Virus record (IMG/VR): IMGVR_UViG_3300005611_001698
Location: 130,409 to 194,408 of that record
DNA from: a virus
Lineage: Duplodnaviria; Caudoviricetes
Length of the DNA: 64,000 nt
Reading direction: 5' to 3' (one strand)
The notes below the pieces were generated by a model that was not told the DNA's origin, did no database searches, and saw only the letters and a program-made list of their open reading frames with translations. Within the stretch, counting starts at the first letter, position 1. Each line of letters starts with the position of its first letter. The translations under genes and the position numbers were made by a program. Positions 29,486 through 39,115 of this stretch are shown here, one piece after another.

Positions 29486-29869
29486 TCAGAGATACAGGAA
29501 AGAACCGTAAGCATCACAAATGTGAGGATTATCTGCCAACTGAGTGATCAGATAGCGGACACCTTTTGCAGGTGCTTTGTATGATGCAGGTTTGTAAACT
29601 TCACCAGAGTTCTTGTCAACGAACATCCAGCAAGAACGTCCGTTAAGTCTCTCACCACCGACAAGATAAGACCAAACTTTGATATATTTGCGACCAATTT
29701 CCATCTCAAGTTGAGTATAAACAGAGCGACTGGATTCAATCGCATCAACCTTCCACTGATTGTTAAGAACTTCAATCAAACATTCGGTGAGATATGTTGC
29801 TTTAAGTTCAGGAGCACAGAAAGTCATAATGTTGCGAATGTGAGTGGGGTTTGAGTAAACTGCTGTCAT
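29486..29869 (-). CDS. GRKYIK/KAPAK family protein, paralog 2
   Basis: See 25236..25625; first gene after cassette 5. Confidence 0.75.
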   Translation of the reverse strand: MTAVYSNPTHIRNIMTFCAPELKATYLTECLIEVLNNQWKVDAIESSRSVYTQLEMEIGRKYIKVWSYLVGGERLNGRSCWMFVDKNSGEVYKPASYKAPAKGVRYLITQLADNPHICDAYGSFLYL

Positions 29870-29875
29870 GGTGCG

Positions 29876-29950
29876 TTCCCTTGACTCTCTTAATATACAC
29901 GGGATTGGACCCTGTGGGGAGAATGGTGGACAGTTCTCTCAACCGTCCAC
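29876..29950 (-). promoter_or_regulatory. Early promoter cassette 5
   Basis: GTGGACAGTT-ctctc-AACCGTCCAC near-perfect palindrome. Confidence 0.8.
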
Positions 29951-30141
29951 CCCCTCCCGCATTTGTTTAACAATTTTGCTCAAATCGTTTGCTACATCAG
30001 TCATCGCAGATCGAGAATATCCTGTAGCATAAGGATAACCTTGATCCTCATTTTCAGGTGCTTCATAACAAACATTGATCGCACTATTCAGACGGTCAAT
30101 GATCATTACCAGTTGATCATCAATGGAGAAAAAAGTATTCA

Positions 30142-30330
30142 TCAGAAAGGATTTGTCCAGTTGTTGTACTGATTTTCGGTAATGTAACCTTCTTTGCAGA
30201 GCATGTCAGTGAAGTTATTCCACTTCTCACGCTTAGCAACAACATCACCTTTCCATTGTGGTTCTTGCTTCACAAAAACTTTCCAGTTGTAACGAAACTG
30301 CTGGAGAATTGCTGCTTTGGTGTGACGCAT
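30142..30330 (-). CDS. Mini-gene, distant relative of family A
   Basis: MRHTKAAILQQF..REKW..F.DMLCKEGYIT..YNNWTNPF; start after the SD of cassette 6. Confidence 0.6.
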   Translation of the reverse strand: MRHTKAAILQQFRYNWKVFVKQEPQWKGDVVAKREKWNNFTDMLCKEGYITENQYNNWTNPF

Positions 30331-30338
30331 GGCGCGAA

Positions 30339-30413
30339 TCCCTTTGACTCTTTTAATATACACGAAACCAAACCCCATGGGGGGAATGGTGGACACTTCA
30401 ATCAACTGGCACA
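30339..30413 (-). promoter_or_regulatory. Early promoter cassette 6
   Basis: GGACACTT-caatc-AACTGGC; -10 TATATT. Confidence 0.8.
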
Positions 30414-31304
30414 AGCAAAGCGACCATTGTTAAAGTTTGCGTGAGAGAATTGCATACGATCAACTAACTTAAACATGCCATAATTGTTGGTTCTCACATA
30501 ACCTTCGCCACCACATTGACGATTGCCGATATATGCTTTCGGTCCATTGTTGCGGCAGAGAGACAACATCTGCATCTTGATTGACTCCACTAGCTTCCAC
30601 AAACGCAGCACATTTACATCGATTTGATTAGCAAATGCCAGTGCATCTAGCGTGATGTCATCAATATCGAGACCAGCACGAATGATGCTATTAAGTTGTT
30701 GCTGAACCTGACGTGATTGCTTGTCAGTCATGAACTCGCAAGTCGTGGACATTTGACGTGCAAATGCAATGACCCCAGTAGGATCAGCATCAAGTTCCCA
30801 ACAACGTGGCATGACAAATTTGCAGGTGTCAGTGTCACTAGGAGCAGAATCTAGCGGGCGAGCAATAGCATCGCGCAGGTCATTCTCTGCGGTGTAAAGT
30901 GTATGTGGAGCAACAATAATCGTCTGCTCAATTATCTCATCAAAGATGTAAGTGATCGTGTTGGGAGTATAAGTATCGTCACCACCAAACCCAATAAAAT
31001 CACCTTGCACGATAGAATCTGTGCGAGGAAGATTAGCAAAACAAGCATGAAGAATAAGCGCAACTTCACCTTCATGGTTCGCATCAATTTCTTCATGAGA
31101 ATGATTGATCTTGATCTTTACTTTGTTGAAGACAGATTTGGTTCCGACGAAGAACTTTCCGTTGGCAGGATTCGTCCCCCATACAATAGCGGGACAACCG
31201 TCAATTTTAACGCTAAGAGTGCTAGAATCAGTGAACCAATCGAGCACAGTAAGATCACCCGAAAGGATAGAATCTTCTGGATGTTGGAGATGAGTGTTTT
31301 TCAT
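30402..31304 (-). CDS. Conserved T4-like phage protein (DUF6267-like) with ligase/nucleotidyltransferase-type motifs
   Basis: MKNTHL.HPED, KIDG.PAIVWG, GTKSVFNK, QGDF, GEGYV, FKLVDR..FS.ANF. Confidence 0.65.
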   Translation of the reverse strand: MKNTHLQHPEDSILSGDLTVLDWFTDSSTLSVKIDGCPAIVWGTNPANGKFFVGTKSVFNKVKIKINHSHEEIDANHEGEVALILHACFANLPRTDSIVQGDFIGFGGDDTYTPNTITYIFDEIIEQTIIVAPHTLYTAENDLRDAIARPLDSAPSDTDTCKFVMPRCWELDADPTGVIAFARQMSTTCEFMTDKQSRQVQQQLNSIIRAGLDIDDITLDALAFANQIDVNVLRLWKLVESIKMQMLSLCRNNGPKAYIGNRQCGGEGYVRTNNYGMFKLVDRMQFSHANFNNGRFACAS

Positions 31305-31307
31305 GCT

Positions 31308-31371
31308 TTAATAATGACACAGAATCAGGTCAAAGTCAAGAGGTAGTGGACACTTCATACCACTGTCACAC
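31308..31371 (-). promoter_or_regulatory. Early promoter cassette 7 (TTGACT-N17-CATTAT plus palindrome)
   Basis: Shows the palindrome lies just upstream of a -35 hexamer. Confidence 0.75.
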
Positions 31372-32209
31372 GGTTTGTTTTGTAAAGTAAGATTTCTCTT
31401 GCTTTTTTGGCAGCAAATCCGTCTTCTGTTTTCTTCCTACGACCAGCAGTATAGGTGATGTCGAAGTAATGAACCTGCATTGATCTTGATTGATCCTCAA
31501 ACCAGTCATCATCAGCACGGTTAGCAACAAAAACTAATTTTTGTGCATCGGCAAAGTCTAGAAGGTCCATTAGTGCATCATCCCCAAAACCGTTGCCATA
31601 ATCTGCAAAACTATCACGATATGGTGGATCAAAGAAGAAAAAACCGTTAGGATCGTTGGTTACAGCATCCTTCCAATCTCCTGATTTGATGGTAACATTC
31701 TGAAGTGCATGATGCCACCAGTTGAGCACATCACGATCATAAACTTTGTCCTTCTGGTTCAACAATCCAGCAGGAGTTCCATACCTTCCGTTGGTATTTT
31801 TATTCAGTTGGTAGATACCATTGAACCCAGTCTTCATCAAAAAATATAGAGTTGCTGCCTCATATGTCTTGCTCCATTCTTGATACTCCCAGGCATGAAG
31901 ATGACGGGTATCAAAGTAAAACTTTTTACGATCAACTTTGCTCAGTGGCAGATACTGAGATTCAAGACTGTCCAGACGTTGTTGAAACTCATCTAGGTCA
32001 GTTTTGATTGCTTTGTAGATATTCATGACATCAGAGTTGATGTCATTGATCACCACATTCTTTGGTTGGTAAGTGTTCATCACATGGACAAACATTGCCC
32101 CACCACCAAAGAACGGTTCGTAGTAATTTTCAAAGGAAGATGGCATAAAAGGTGCATAATGTTTCAGCACCTTTGTCTTACCACCTGCCCAAATAAAGAT
32201 AGGTTTCAT
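31355..32209 (-). CDS. D12/Dam-family N6-adenine DNA methyltransferase
   Basis: WAGGK, EPFFGGGA, INDIN, GFNG, FFDPPY (alpha class). Confidence 0.9.
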   Translation of the reverse strand: MKPIFIWAGGKTKVLKHYAPFMPSSFENYYEPFFGGGAMFVHVMNTYQPKNVVINDINSDVMNIYKAIKTDLDEFQQRLDSLESQYLPLSKVDRKKFYFDTRHLHAWEYQEWSKTYEAATLYFLMKTGFNGIYQLNKNTNGRYGTPAGLLNQKDKVYDRDVLNWWHHALQNVTIKSGDWKDAVTNDPNGFFFFDPPYRDSFADYGNGFGDDALMDLLDFADAQKLVFVANRADDDWFEDQSRSMQVHYFDITYTAGRRKKTEDGFAAKKAREILLYKTNRVTVV

Positions 32210-32745
32210 GCAGGGAAAAGAGTATTGATACGCTCGGTGATTACTTCAACCATTATATCATTGATTTCCTCTTTAGTGAAGCAATCGGTGTTGAGGTATG
32301 CACTATTCTCACCAGGATTGTATTGATTAAACCCTTGCAGGTGAGCAACATTTAATGCCTTGCCAATCGTACCATCTTCATATGCACCTTCACCAGTGCA
32401 GAACGTAACGTAACTCACCTCAGGGTTAATCTTGCGGCAGATGTAGTTGTTTTTGAACCAACGCTCGATGGCATTACCTGCATCCTGCTGTTTCTTACCT
32501 TCAAAGACTGCAATCAGCACACCGTTGTAGAACCAAGCACCACCATCAGGTTCGCAAGCACCTTTACCACCAGGAATCTGTTCCTTAGTGAGTTTCTTTT
32601 GCAGAGTAAGTTCAGGATATTGTTGCTTCAGTTCAGCAAACACATCCTGCTTCAGATGCTTACATTGCTCATCAAGTTTGCGAGCACGGGCATCAGTGGC
32701 AACAGTACCGTTCTGAATACCACCGTTGAAACGATAGATCGTCAT
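32206..32745 (-). CDS. EcoRI-fold type II restriction endonuclease-like protein
   Basis: PDGG..FEGKKQ..AGNAIERWFKN matches EcoRI PDGG..EAKHQ..AGNAIERSHKN; ATGA overlap with the MTase. Confidence 0.75.
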   Translation of the reverse strand: MTIYRFNGGIQNGTVATDARARKLDEQCKHLKQDVFAELKQQYPELTLQKKLTKEQIPGGKGACEPDGGAWFYNGVLIAVFEGKKQQDAGNAIERWFKNNYICRKINPEVSYVTFCTGEGAYEDGTIGKALNVAHLQGFNQYNPGENSAYLNTDCFTKEEINDIMVEVITERINTLFPA

Positions 32746-32747
32746 AA

Positions 32748-32927
32748 TCAATAAGAATAGGTAGAAAGATTGCGAGCAGGAACATAATAACCATCATCAG
32801 GTTTGTTCACATCATAAACCCAGATGATTTCATCTTCTTGTGCTTCGTAAGTCTTGAATCCAAACATTGGAACTAATTTGACCATCAGAGCACCCCAATG
32901 ATACTCTGTTTCAAAATCAAAAATCAT
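32748..32927 (-). CDS. Small hypothetical protein (59 aa)
   Basis: MIFDFETEYHWGALMVKLVPMFG..; first gene after cassette 8. Confidence 0.55.
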   Translation of the reverse strand: MIFDFETEYHWGALMVKLVPMFGFKTYEAQEDEIIWVYDVNKPDDGYYVPARNLSTYSY

Positions 32928-32931
32928 GTGG

Positions 32932-33007
32932 TTTCCTTTGACTCTTTAATAATACATGGGATCGGACCCTATGGGGAGAATAGTGGACACTTCAACCAAC
33001 TGGCACA
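32932..33007 (-). promoter_or_regulatory. Early promoter cassette 8
   Basis: GGACACTT-caacc-AACTGGC; nearly identical to cassette 2. Confidence 0.8.
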
Positions 33008-33008
33008 G

Positions 33009-33452
33009 TCATCGACGAGTATATGTTAGTGTGATTGTGTCTTTCAGATTGCTGATGTTTGTGAGATTGTAACCCTTCAAAAGTTGTGCATTGTCATGAT
33101 TTGCTCTGGTTTTGATGCGATGACACTCTTTGCATAGTAACTGACATTTATCAACTTCTGGTAGTATTCTTGACAAATCCCAATCAATTATTTTCCCAAT
33201 AGTGTATAGTTTATCTGCTCTGTTTATGTGGTCAAATTGCAAATTCTCTGTCACACCACAACCTACACATTTCCCACCCAAATGCTCAACAAGTTGTTGT
33301 CTCTTTCTTCTGCGTAGTTCTCTAAGTTTTTCTGTCTTATGCTCTCTATTTTGTTTAGACCATTCACTATTCCTTTTAAGTTTTTCTTTCCTGTAAGTTT
33401 CATCAGTTTGATATTTGTCTCGGTGCCATTCTGCACCAGTATTTTTATTCAT
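33009..33452 (-). CDS. Free-standing HNH endonuclease (homing-endonuclease-like)
   Basis: CVGCG..LQFDHI..CQLLCKECH..KT; basic N-terminus. Confidence 0.85.
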   Translation of the reverse strand: MNKNTGAEWHRDKYQTDETYRKEKLKRNSEWSKQNREHKTEKLRELRRRKRQQLVEHLGGKCVGCGVTENLQFDHINRADKLYTIGKIIDWDLSRILPEVDKCQLLCKECHRIKTRANHDNAQLLKGYNLTNISNLKDTITLTYTRR

Positions 33453-33471
33453 AGAAATGACACAACTAACT

Positions 33472-33479
33472 TATTTATA
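33472..33479 (-). promoter_or_regulatory. Perfect T4 late promoter TATAAATA
   Basis: 20 nt upstream of the HNH ATG. Confidence 0.7.
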
Positions 33480-33496
33480 CAGTTGGGTGTTTTCAA

Positions 33497-34687
33497 TTAT
33501 CTCCTGACAACAGAATCAAGCAGTTCACCTTTCTCAAAAACAGTATTCACAACATTACGAAGTGCACGTTCGGTAGCAACACCAACCTGAGAATAAACAG
33601 GGACAACACAAAGCCCAAACGTCTTGGATTCTGCACCCAGACGCAACACTCGACCGATGGTTTGAGTGAGTTCAATCACATCCATGTTACGCAGGAAGAT
33701 GACAGTTTCCAGTTCGCTGACGTTGATACCCTCAGAGAGAATAGAGCGATGGAGAACAACAAACTTTTTCTCAGGATCTTTGCCCCATGCGTTCAGAGTG
33801 TTGAAGAACTCCTCACGATTGACCTTACGACCATCAACAACTGCACCCGTCTTGGATGTAATGTAGAGGCAGGAATAACCACGCTGAGCAAGTTGAATCG
33901 CAAAGTCAGTTGTTGACATCAGATTCATAAGTTGACGGGAAGTCTTGACACAAACCAGAATCTTCTTGGTGTCAGTCTCTTCAATCGTATCAATCACATT
34001 CTCAGCATCAGTCTCACACGAAATCATTCGCGTATTCTTGTGCATGGAGAACTGTTTTGCTTGAATACGAGGAGGGATAATGTATCCACCTTCGACTAAC
34101 TCAGGAGCAGAAACACGAGCAATGATTTGACCATAAACTGCCTCATCATTCATTCCTGGTTTATTGATAGTGACCGAAGTCTTGCGCGTTGCAGTGAAGA
34201 AGTAGCAACGATCTGCCTCGTTAGAGAAGAACTCAGTGGCAGGGAAAAAGTTACGCTTGACACTGTTGTGTGCCTCATCAAAGTAGATCGTATTGACCTC
34301 AATATCTGACTGCTGAATACGATCAAGCGAATTGTAGGTGGTGAAGATCAATACGTTCTCACCAGCAGTCCGCGCAGTGTTAGCGAACAGGTGAATCTGT
34401 GCTGGTTTGGTAGTAGAATAGTGATGCGTCTCACCACTATGAACGTGCATCACATGAGTGTTGGAAGTATCAATCAGTTCCAGAAACTCACTGCACAGTT
34501 GTTCTGCCAGCAGAATACGCGGAGCAACAACAACTGTGGTGGTGCCATTGTTGACAGAATCGTGACGATTCTTGGTATCAACAATCATGCACATGGTTTT
34601 ACCACCACCAGTGGGCACAATCACCTGACCTTTATCATATGCAAGCATACGATCAGTGATGCGCTGTTGATGTGGACGGAGTTGCAT
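33497..34687 (-). CDS. SF2 helicase (ResIII/DEAH-type)
   Basis: LRPHQ, PTGGGKT, DEAH, TAT, LSEGINV, QTIGRVLR; start MQLRP after cassette 9. Confidence 0.88.
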   Translation of the reverse strand: MQLRPHQQRITDRMLAYDKGQVIVPTGGGKTMCMIVDTKNRHDSVNNGTTTVVVAPRILLAEQLCSEFLELIDTSNTHVMHVHSGETHHYSTTKPAQIHLFANTARTAGENVLIFTTYNSLDRIQQSDIEVNTIYFDEAHNSVKRNFFPATEFFSNEADRCYFFTATRKTSVTINKPGMNDEAVYGQIIARVSAPELVEGGYIIPPRIQAKQFSMHKNTRMISCETDAENVIDTIEETDTKKILVCVKTSRQLMNLMSTTDFAIQLAQRGYSCLYITSKTGAVVDGRKVNREEFFNTLNAWGKDPEKKFVVLHRSILSEGINVSELETVIFLRNMDVIELTQTIGRVLRLGAESKTFGLCVVPVYSQVGVATERALRNVVNTVFEKGELLDSVVRR

Positions 34688-34690
34688 TGA

Positions 34691-34768
34691 TTTCCTATCG
34701 ATGAATGTAATATAGAACAAAAAAAGACCCCTTGCAAGTGGGTGTGTGCCACTACATTAACTGTCGCA
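34691..34768 (-). promoter_or_regulatory. Early promoter cassette 9 (TTGCAA-N17-TATATT plus degenerate palindrome)
   Basis: GCCACT-acatt-AACTGTC. Confidence 0.65.
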
Positions 34769-35123
34769 GGTCAGTTTCACTATCACATTCATTCTTGTAT
34801 TGCAACTCATAGGGTGTGAGTGCTTCATTCAATGCTTCAAGTACATTCTCTTTGAATGAACGATACGGAATGAAGATGTCATCATCATCAGTCTTGTAGT
34901 CCTGGTGTGTCTCTTTGAACTGACGCTCACATTCATACACAAGATTGGATACAATATCGTTGATCACTTCCATCGTTTGTGGTTGAAGTTGATCCCAGTT
35001 GTATCCAGGGAGCATATCATCCTTGACACGATCTAGCAATGCTTTCTTACAATGCCATTGACTATCAAAGATGTGGGTAAATGCTTCCCAGTCGTGTTGG
35101 GACTTAAAATTAGGGATGCTCAT
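34752..35123 (-). CDS. Hypothetical early protein
   Basis: 123 aa; stop codon inside cassette 9. Confidence 0.6.
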   Translation of the reverse strand: MSIPNFKSQHDWEAFTHIFDSQWHCKKALLDRVKDDMLPGYNWDQLQPQTMEVINDIVSNLVYECERQFKETHQDYKTDDDDIFIPYRSFKENVLEALNEALTPYELQYKNECDSETDLRQLM

Positions 35124-35703
35124 TTGTTCTTCTCACAATACATGAAATACTTGTATGTTGCTGCCTGATTGGGAGCATATCTTACTATATCACACTCTTT
35201 GTATTTGTCAACCACCTCAAATGATGATTCATCGATTGGTGTGTTGTTCATTGATAATGCTCCAATGATTAGTATAGCAATACCAACAACACCAAGAGTG
35301 AGTGCTACACCATTACGAAACTCTTTAAATCCTATCTCATGTTCAGTCATTGAGTTTTGCCTCTAGTTTCTCAATTCTACCACATAATTCTGTGATAATG
35401 TGGATCAAAGAACGATAGTCAATACTCTCAACATCATCTCCATTCTCCATATCATTATAATATGTGTATAGGAGTTCTTTGGTAAAGTTTCGTTCAGTCA
35501 TGCTTTGTCTGCCTCCTCACAGGATTTCCAAATGTCATCATATGGGTAGATATACATGTGATACCAACCATTATTAATCTCTTCAAAGAAGGCACAACGA
35601 TCTATATTGTCGTTATAATGAACAAATCTAAAAGAGATTCCGTTATGCCATGCCCACAACGAGTTATCAATCCAACTTAGTATATTCTTCATCACCCCAC
35701 CAG

Positions 35704-36156
35704 TCAGCTACACTGATGTTCACGCTCTTCATCAGTCATTTGCTCCCAGTCACCTTTGATCTTGGGTTCACTACCAAAGGTCTTCTTATAATGAATATTC
35801 ATTTTAGTCCATTCAGCATCGCGCTCTTTATACTCCTGGTATTTTTTCTCCAGGTCCTCATCCATGGTCAGTTCATACTCAGCACATACTTTACGCTGAT
35901 CTTCCTCACGCACACAATCATTGAAGACCAATGACATAGCACCAGAGCGGATAGATGCAGGATCCATGCCTACACAGAGCATGAACTTCTCAAATAGTTT
36001 GAAATACTGTTTGGCATTGAGATCAGCAGCAGGTGCTGTGATCAGGTAATGCTCTTCAGGGATAAAATCATCACTAGTCCAGGATGATGACCCATATGTG
36101 GGAGTGAACGTAGCATCAAATTTAAATTGTACTTCTGCTTCGTAGGTCATGTCCAT
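35704..36156 (-). CDS. Hypothetical early protein
   Basis: 150-aa ORF. Confidence 0.6.
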   Translation of the reverse strand: MDMTYEAEVQFKFDATFTPTYGSSSWTSDDFIPEEHYLITAPAADLNAKQYFKLFEKFMLCVGMDPASIRSGAMSLVFNDCVREEDQRKVCAEYELTMDEDLEKKYQEYKERDAEWTKMNIHYKKTFGSEPKIKGDWEQMTDEEREHQCS

Positions 36157-36346
36157 GCTCTCATGAATAGGTCAAGGGTGAAGAAATCATCAGTCTGGGT
36201 CTCTTCTACAAGTTCATCATAGGATAGATCCTTGATGCTGTCAAGGTATTCTTCTGGTGTGGGATCAGTGTCTGGGTCAAAGTCATCATGGCAGAGATGC
36301 TCATACTCTTTGACCAATGCAGCAATCAATTGTTCATTAGTGTAGG

Positions 36347-37069
36347 TCATTTGATGTAACCTTCTTCCTCTAACCATTGGCGCGTGAGAGGGGTTGGCTC
36401 ATAGACCTCCCACATATTACCCTTGGCACACGCTTCAAGCGCCTCCTGGGTCATTCCAGCGGTCTTTCCTGCCCATGTTGCCTCTGCCTCCCATGGCACT
36501 GCTGACGCTGGATAGGTTCGCTCTACCATTTCTCTCCACAGTGGTGGCACGTCCTCTTCAGGTAAAATGATAGCAATCATGCTATTCTTGATGCTACCTG
36601 CCATACAATCTTGTGCTGCATGCCATCCTTCATGACGCATTACGCTCATCAATACATGTGGGCGATGCATAAATGCTTTGTTCAAGAAGAACGCATTGCT
36701 CACAGTATGGTAGACACCACGATGACCAACTGGAAAGTATCTCTCATCAGCAAGATATACTTTGACACCAATTTGATTGAGTGTCATGAGCATAGTGTTG
36801 AACTCTTGTGCCACTGGTGTGAATGCTTCCATGTTCTCATAGTTAGAACTGATGTCTAACATGCTGAACACTTCTTCTACATCTTTTGTACACTCACGCA
36901 GTAGCATACAACCCATGGCATCATAAGAATAATAACCATGAGTGATCTTATTCTCATGAGCAGATGCAGTGTTACCCATCAATAGGGTCATTGTCATCAG
37001 GGTTTTTAGGATTAGCGAACGTGCCATAGTTGTAAGTGTAATAGAGGAAATTGTTGATGCTACGCTCAA
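36347..37069 (-). CDS. HExxH metalloprotease-like protein with N-terminal hydrophobic/signal segment
   Basis: VMRHEGWHAAQDC, WEAEA; true start probably MARSL or later. Confidence 0.65.
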   Translation of the reverse strand: MSVASTISSITLTTMARSLILKTLMTMTLLMGNTASAHENKITHGYYSYDAMGCMLLRECTKDVEEVFSMLDISSNYENMEAFTPVAQEFNTMLMTLNQIGVKVYLADERYFPVGHRGVYHTVSNAFFLNKAFMHRPHVLMSVMRHEGWHAAQDCMAGSIKNSMIAIILPEEDVPPLWREMVERTYPASAVPWEAEATWAGKTAGMTQEALEACAKGNMWEVYEPTPLTRQWLEEEGYIK

Positions 37070-37987
37070 TGCCTAGCGATTCTTTCACATCCAACCATGA
37101 CTGATACTCTAGTTGGAGATCTGGACCGAGTTCAATGCTGACTTTCATAATCAATGATACCTTGCTGTTTAATAGCGTGGAGAAGTTCTGCTTCTTTGCT
37201 ATGATCGCCACTATTACATGCTTCCATGTATCTGACAATCAGATCACGCAACTCGTCACTGATCTGATGAGAGTTGGAGATAGAGTTCGAAGAGTTCTTC
37301 TTCGTTGTAGTAGTGCGTTTCTTCATCTTCTAATTGATTGGGGTCCATCCATTCATAGAATTCATCCGCAAGTGCCATAGCACTATCAATATCATCATTC
37401 GCCATATGATGACGAAACTGTTCTACAACATAATCATAGACAAGATCACGTTGATAGGAGAGGCGTTGAACGTCGGTACTCATAGTTTGTTAGCGAAGAG
37501 GATGTTTGCGAGGTGATCGTACTGAATGAATTCTACATCATCAGGGAGCAGAGAGACTGCTGCTGCCGCGAAGTCGTTAGGAAACTTCTTGAACAGACGC
37601 CAGAACTTCTCTACGCCATCATCATCTAGATCTTCATGCGGAAGAACACGAATCTCCCACTGCCCACGAGTGTATCGGTTAGGATACGGATTGATGAAAC
37701 CGCAAATGTATTCTTGTAGCATGTTCATTTGACAAATACCTCGTTGAGTTGGCGGTGTTCTTCAGTCAGTTTAGCAATTTGTTGAAGGTGATAAGCGACA
37801 TGAGCAACATATTCTTGCTCTTCTTCATCAAGTTTATCATAAGCGATGTCGAAACAGTCGTCAACATCAACAGTTTGGTCATCGTAACACGTCATGCCAT
37901 ACATGGTATCATTCGAATGATCCATCGCATACGCATTACCAGCAGCAACGAGATAGAACATGGGAGTGTGGTGAATGAACTACAAGT

Positions 37988-38016
37988 AATTTAGCAAAGA
38001 AAACGCGGAATGTCAA
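37988..38016 (-). promoter_or_regulatory. sigma70 promoter TTGACA-N17-TAAATT
   Basis: Consensus -35 and 17-nt spacer; no upstream palindrome seen. Confidence 0.65.
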
Positions 38017-38429
38017 CGCTTGTAGAGATAACCACCCGCCCAATCTGCGTTCTCAAGCAACCACTCGCGGTCTTTGATCAGCAGAAGGTTGAAACGCACA
38101 TGCTTAGCAGGTGCTTTGAATGATGCTGGCTTATACACTTCACCAGTCTTCTTGTCAACAAAGGCATGAACACTGCGGGAAGCAGGACGATTGTTGTTGG
38201 GAACTTCCATGATGATCTTGTGATACTTGCGACCAGATTCGATCACAAACTTATACACAGGAGCATCATAACCACCGACTTTGCCATGGTTACGATCCTT
38301 GAAGTTCTGCTCCAGGGCATCACACAGCATGAGAATATACTTGCGAATGTTCAACTCGATAGTGTTACGAGCATCAGCGGTGGCGCAGAACTCAGCGAAG
38401 GATTCGGACTTGGTGATGGTGGTGGTCAT
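38013..38429 (-). CDS. GRKY/KAPAK family protein, paralog 3
   Basis: GRKYHKI..HAFVDKKTGEVYKPASFKAPAKHVRFNL..GGYLY; start MTTT after cassette 10. Confidence 0.75.
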   Translation of the reverse strand: MTTTITKSESFAEFCATADARNTIELNIRKYILMLCDALEQNFKDRNHGKVGGYDAPVYKFVIESGRKYHKIIMEVPNNNRPASRSVHAFVDKKTGEVYKPASFKAPAKHVRFNLLLIKDREWLLENADWAGGYLYKR

Positions 38430-38450
38430 GTCGTTGTCTGAACTGATGTC

Positions 38451-38510
38451 AGTATAAAGGGTCTTGGTGGGGTTTGGGAGACTGATCATGCCACTTCGCT
38501 CGCTGGCACA
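38451..38510 (-). promoter_or_regulatory. Early promoter cassette 10
   Basis: GCCACTT-cgct-CGCTGGC; -10 TATACT. Confidence 0.6.
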
Positions 38511-38698
38511 CGGGACACGGTGAGACGCTTGAAGTTATACTGTCTCCAGGAATCACATGCCTCATTCACCATACGATTGTGCTGACGATCCATGCCCTTG
38601 GCAGTCTTGCACTTGCGCTCCTTGCGGAAATAGATGATGGGGATCTCGGTCTCGGGCATGTCGATCTCGATCTTGTAGTGAGAGTAGGTCATGGGTGG

Positions 38699-38776
38699 TT
38701 CCCTTGTCGATGTCCTTAGTATAGGGCTCAGGAGAGCATTTCCATTGCCTCGTAGGACAGTTCCTCAACTGGCATA
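38699..38776 (-). promoter_or_regulatory. Early promoter cassette 11
   Basis: GGACAGTT-cctc-AACTGGC; -10 TATACT; CAAGGGAA SD leader. Confidence 0.7.
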
Positions 38777-38849
38777 TCCTTCTCGATCTCGATCACGTCG
38801 TATTCTTCTTCGATCTGATCCAGGAGCCAGCGGTCGAGCATTACTTCAT

Positions 38850-38987
38850 TCATTGTTTGTTGTTAGTAAGGTGTGCTTCAATAATGTCAAGGATCTCGCC
38901 ACATTTGTCTGCGAGATCTTCATCAACGAGGACACCATAGTCCTCTACTGCTTCAGCAATAATGTCTAGTTGTTCATCGGTAAACAT
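38850..38987 (-). CDS. Mini-gene family C copy 2
   Basis: MFTDEQLDIIAEAVEDYGVLVDEDLADKCGEILDIIEAHLTNNKQ. Confidence 0.7.
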   Translation of the reverse strand: MFTDEQLDIIAEAVEDYGVLVDEDLADKCGEILDIIEAHLTNNKQ

Positions 38988-39115
38988 AATTGCTCGAAAT
39001 TAATGTGGTCACAGCAAGAGTCATCATCCTGCAGATCTAGCATGTCAGTGTCAACATGCTTGAGGAGTTTGCCGAAGAGAAAGTCAACAAACTCTCTATC
39101 TTCTTGAGTAATCAT
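38966..39115 (-). CDS. Mini-gene family B copy 2
   Basis: MITQEDREFVDFLFGKLLKHVDTDMLDLQDDDSCCDHINFEQL.. Confidence 0.7.
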   Translation of the reverse strand: MITQEDREFVDFLFGKLLKHVDTDMLDLQDDDSCCDHINFEQLCLPMNN

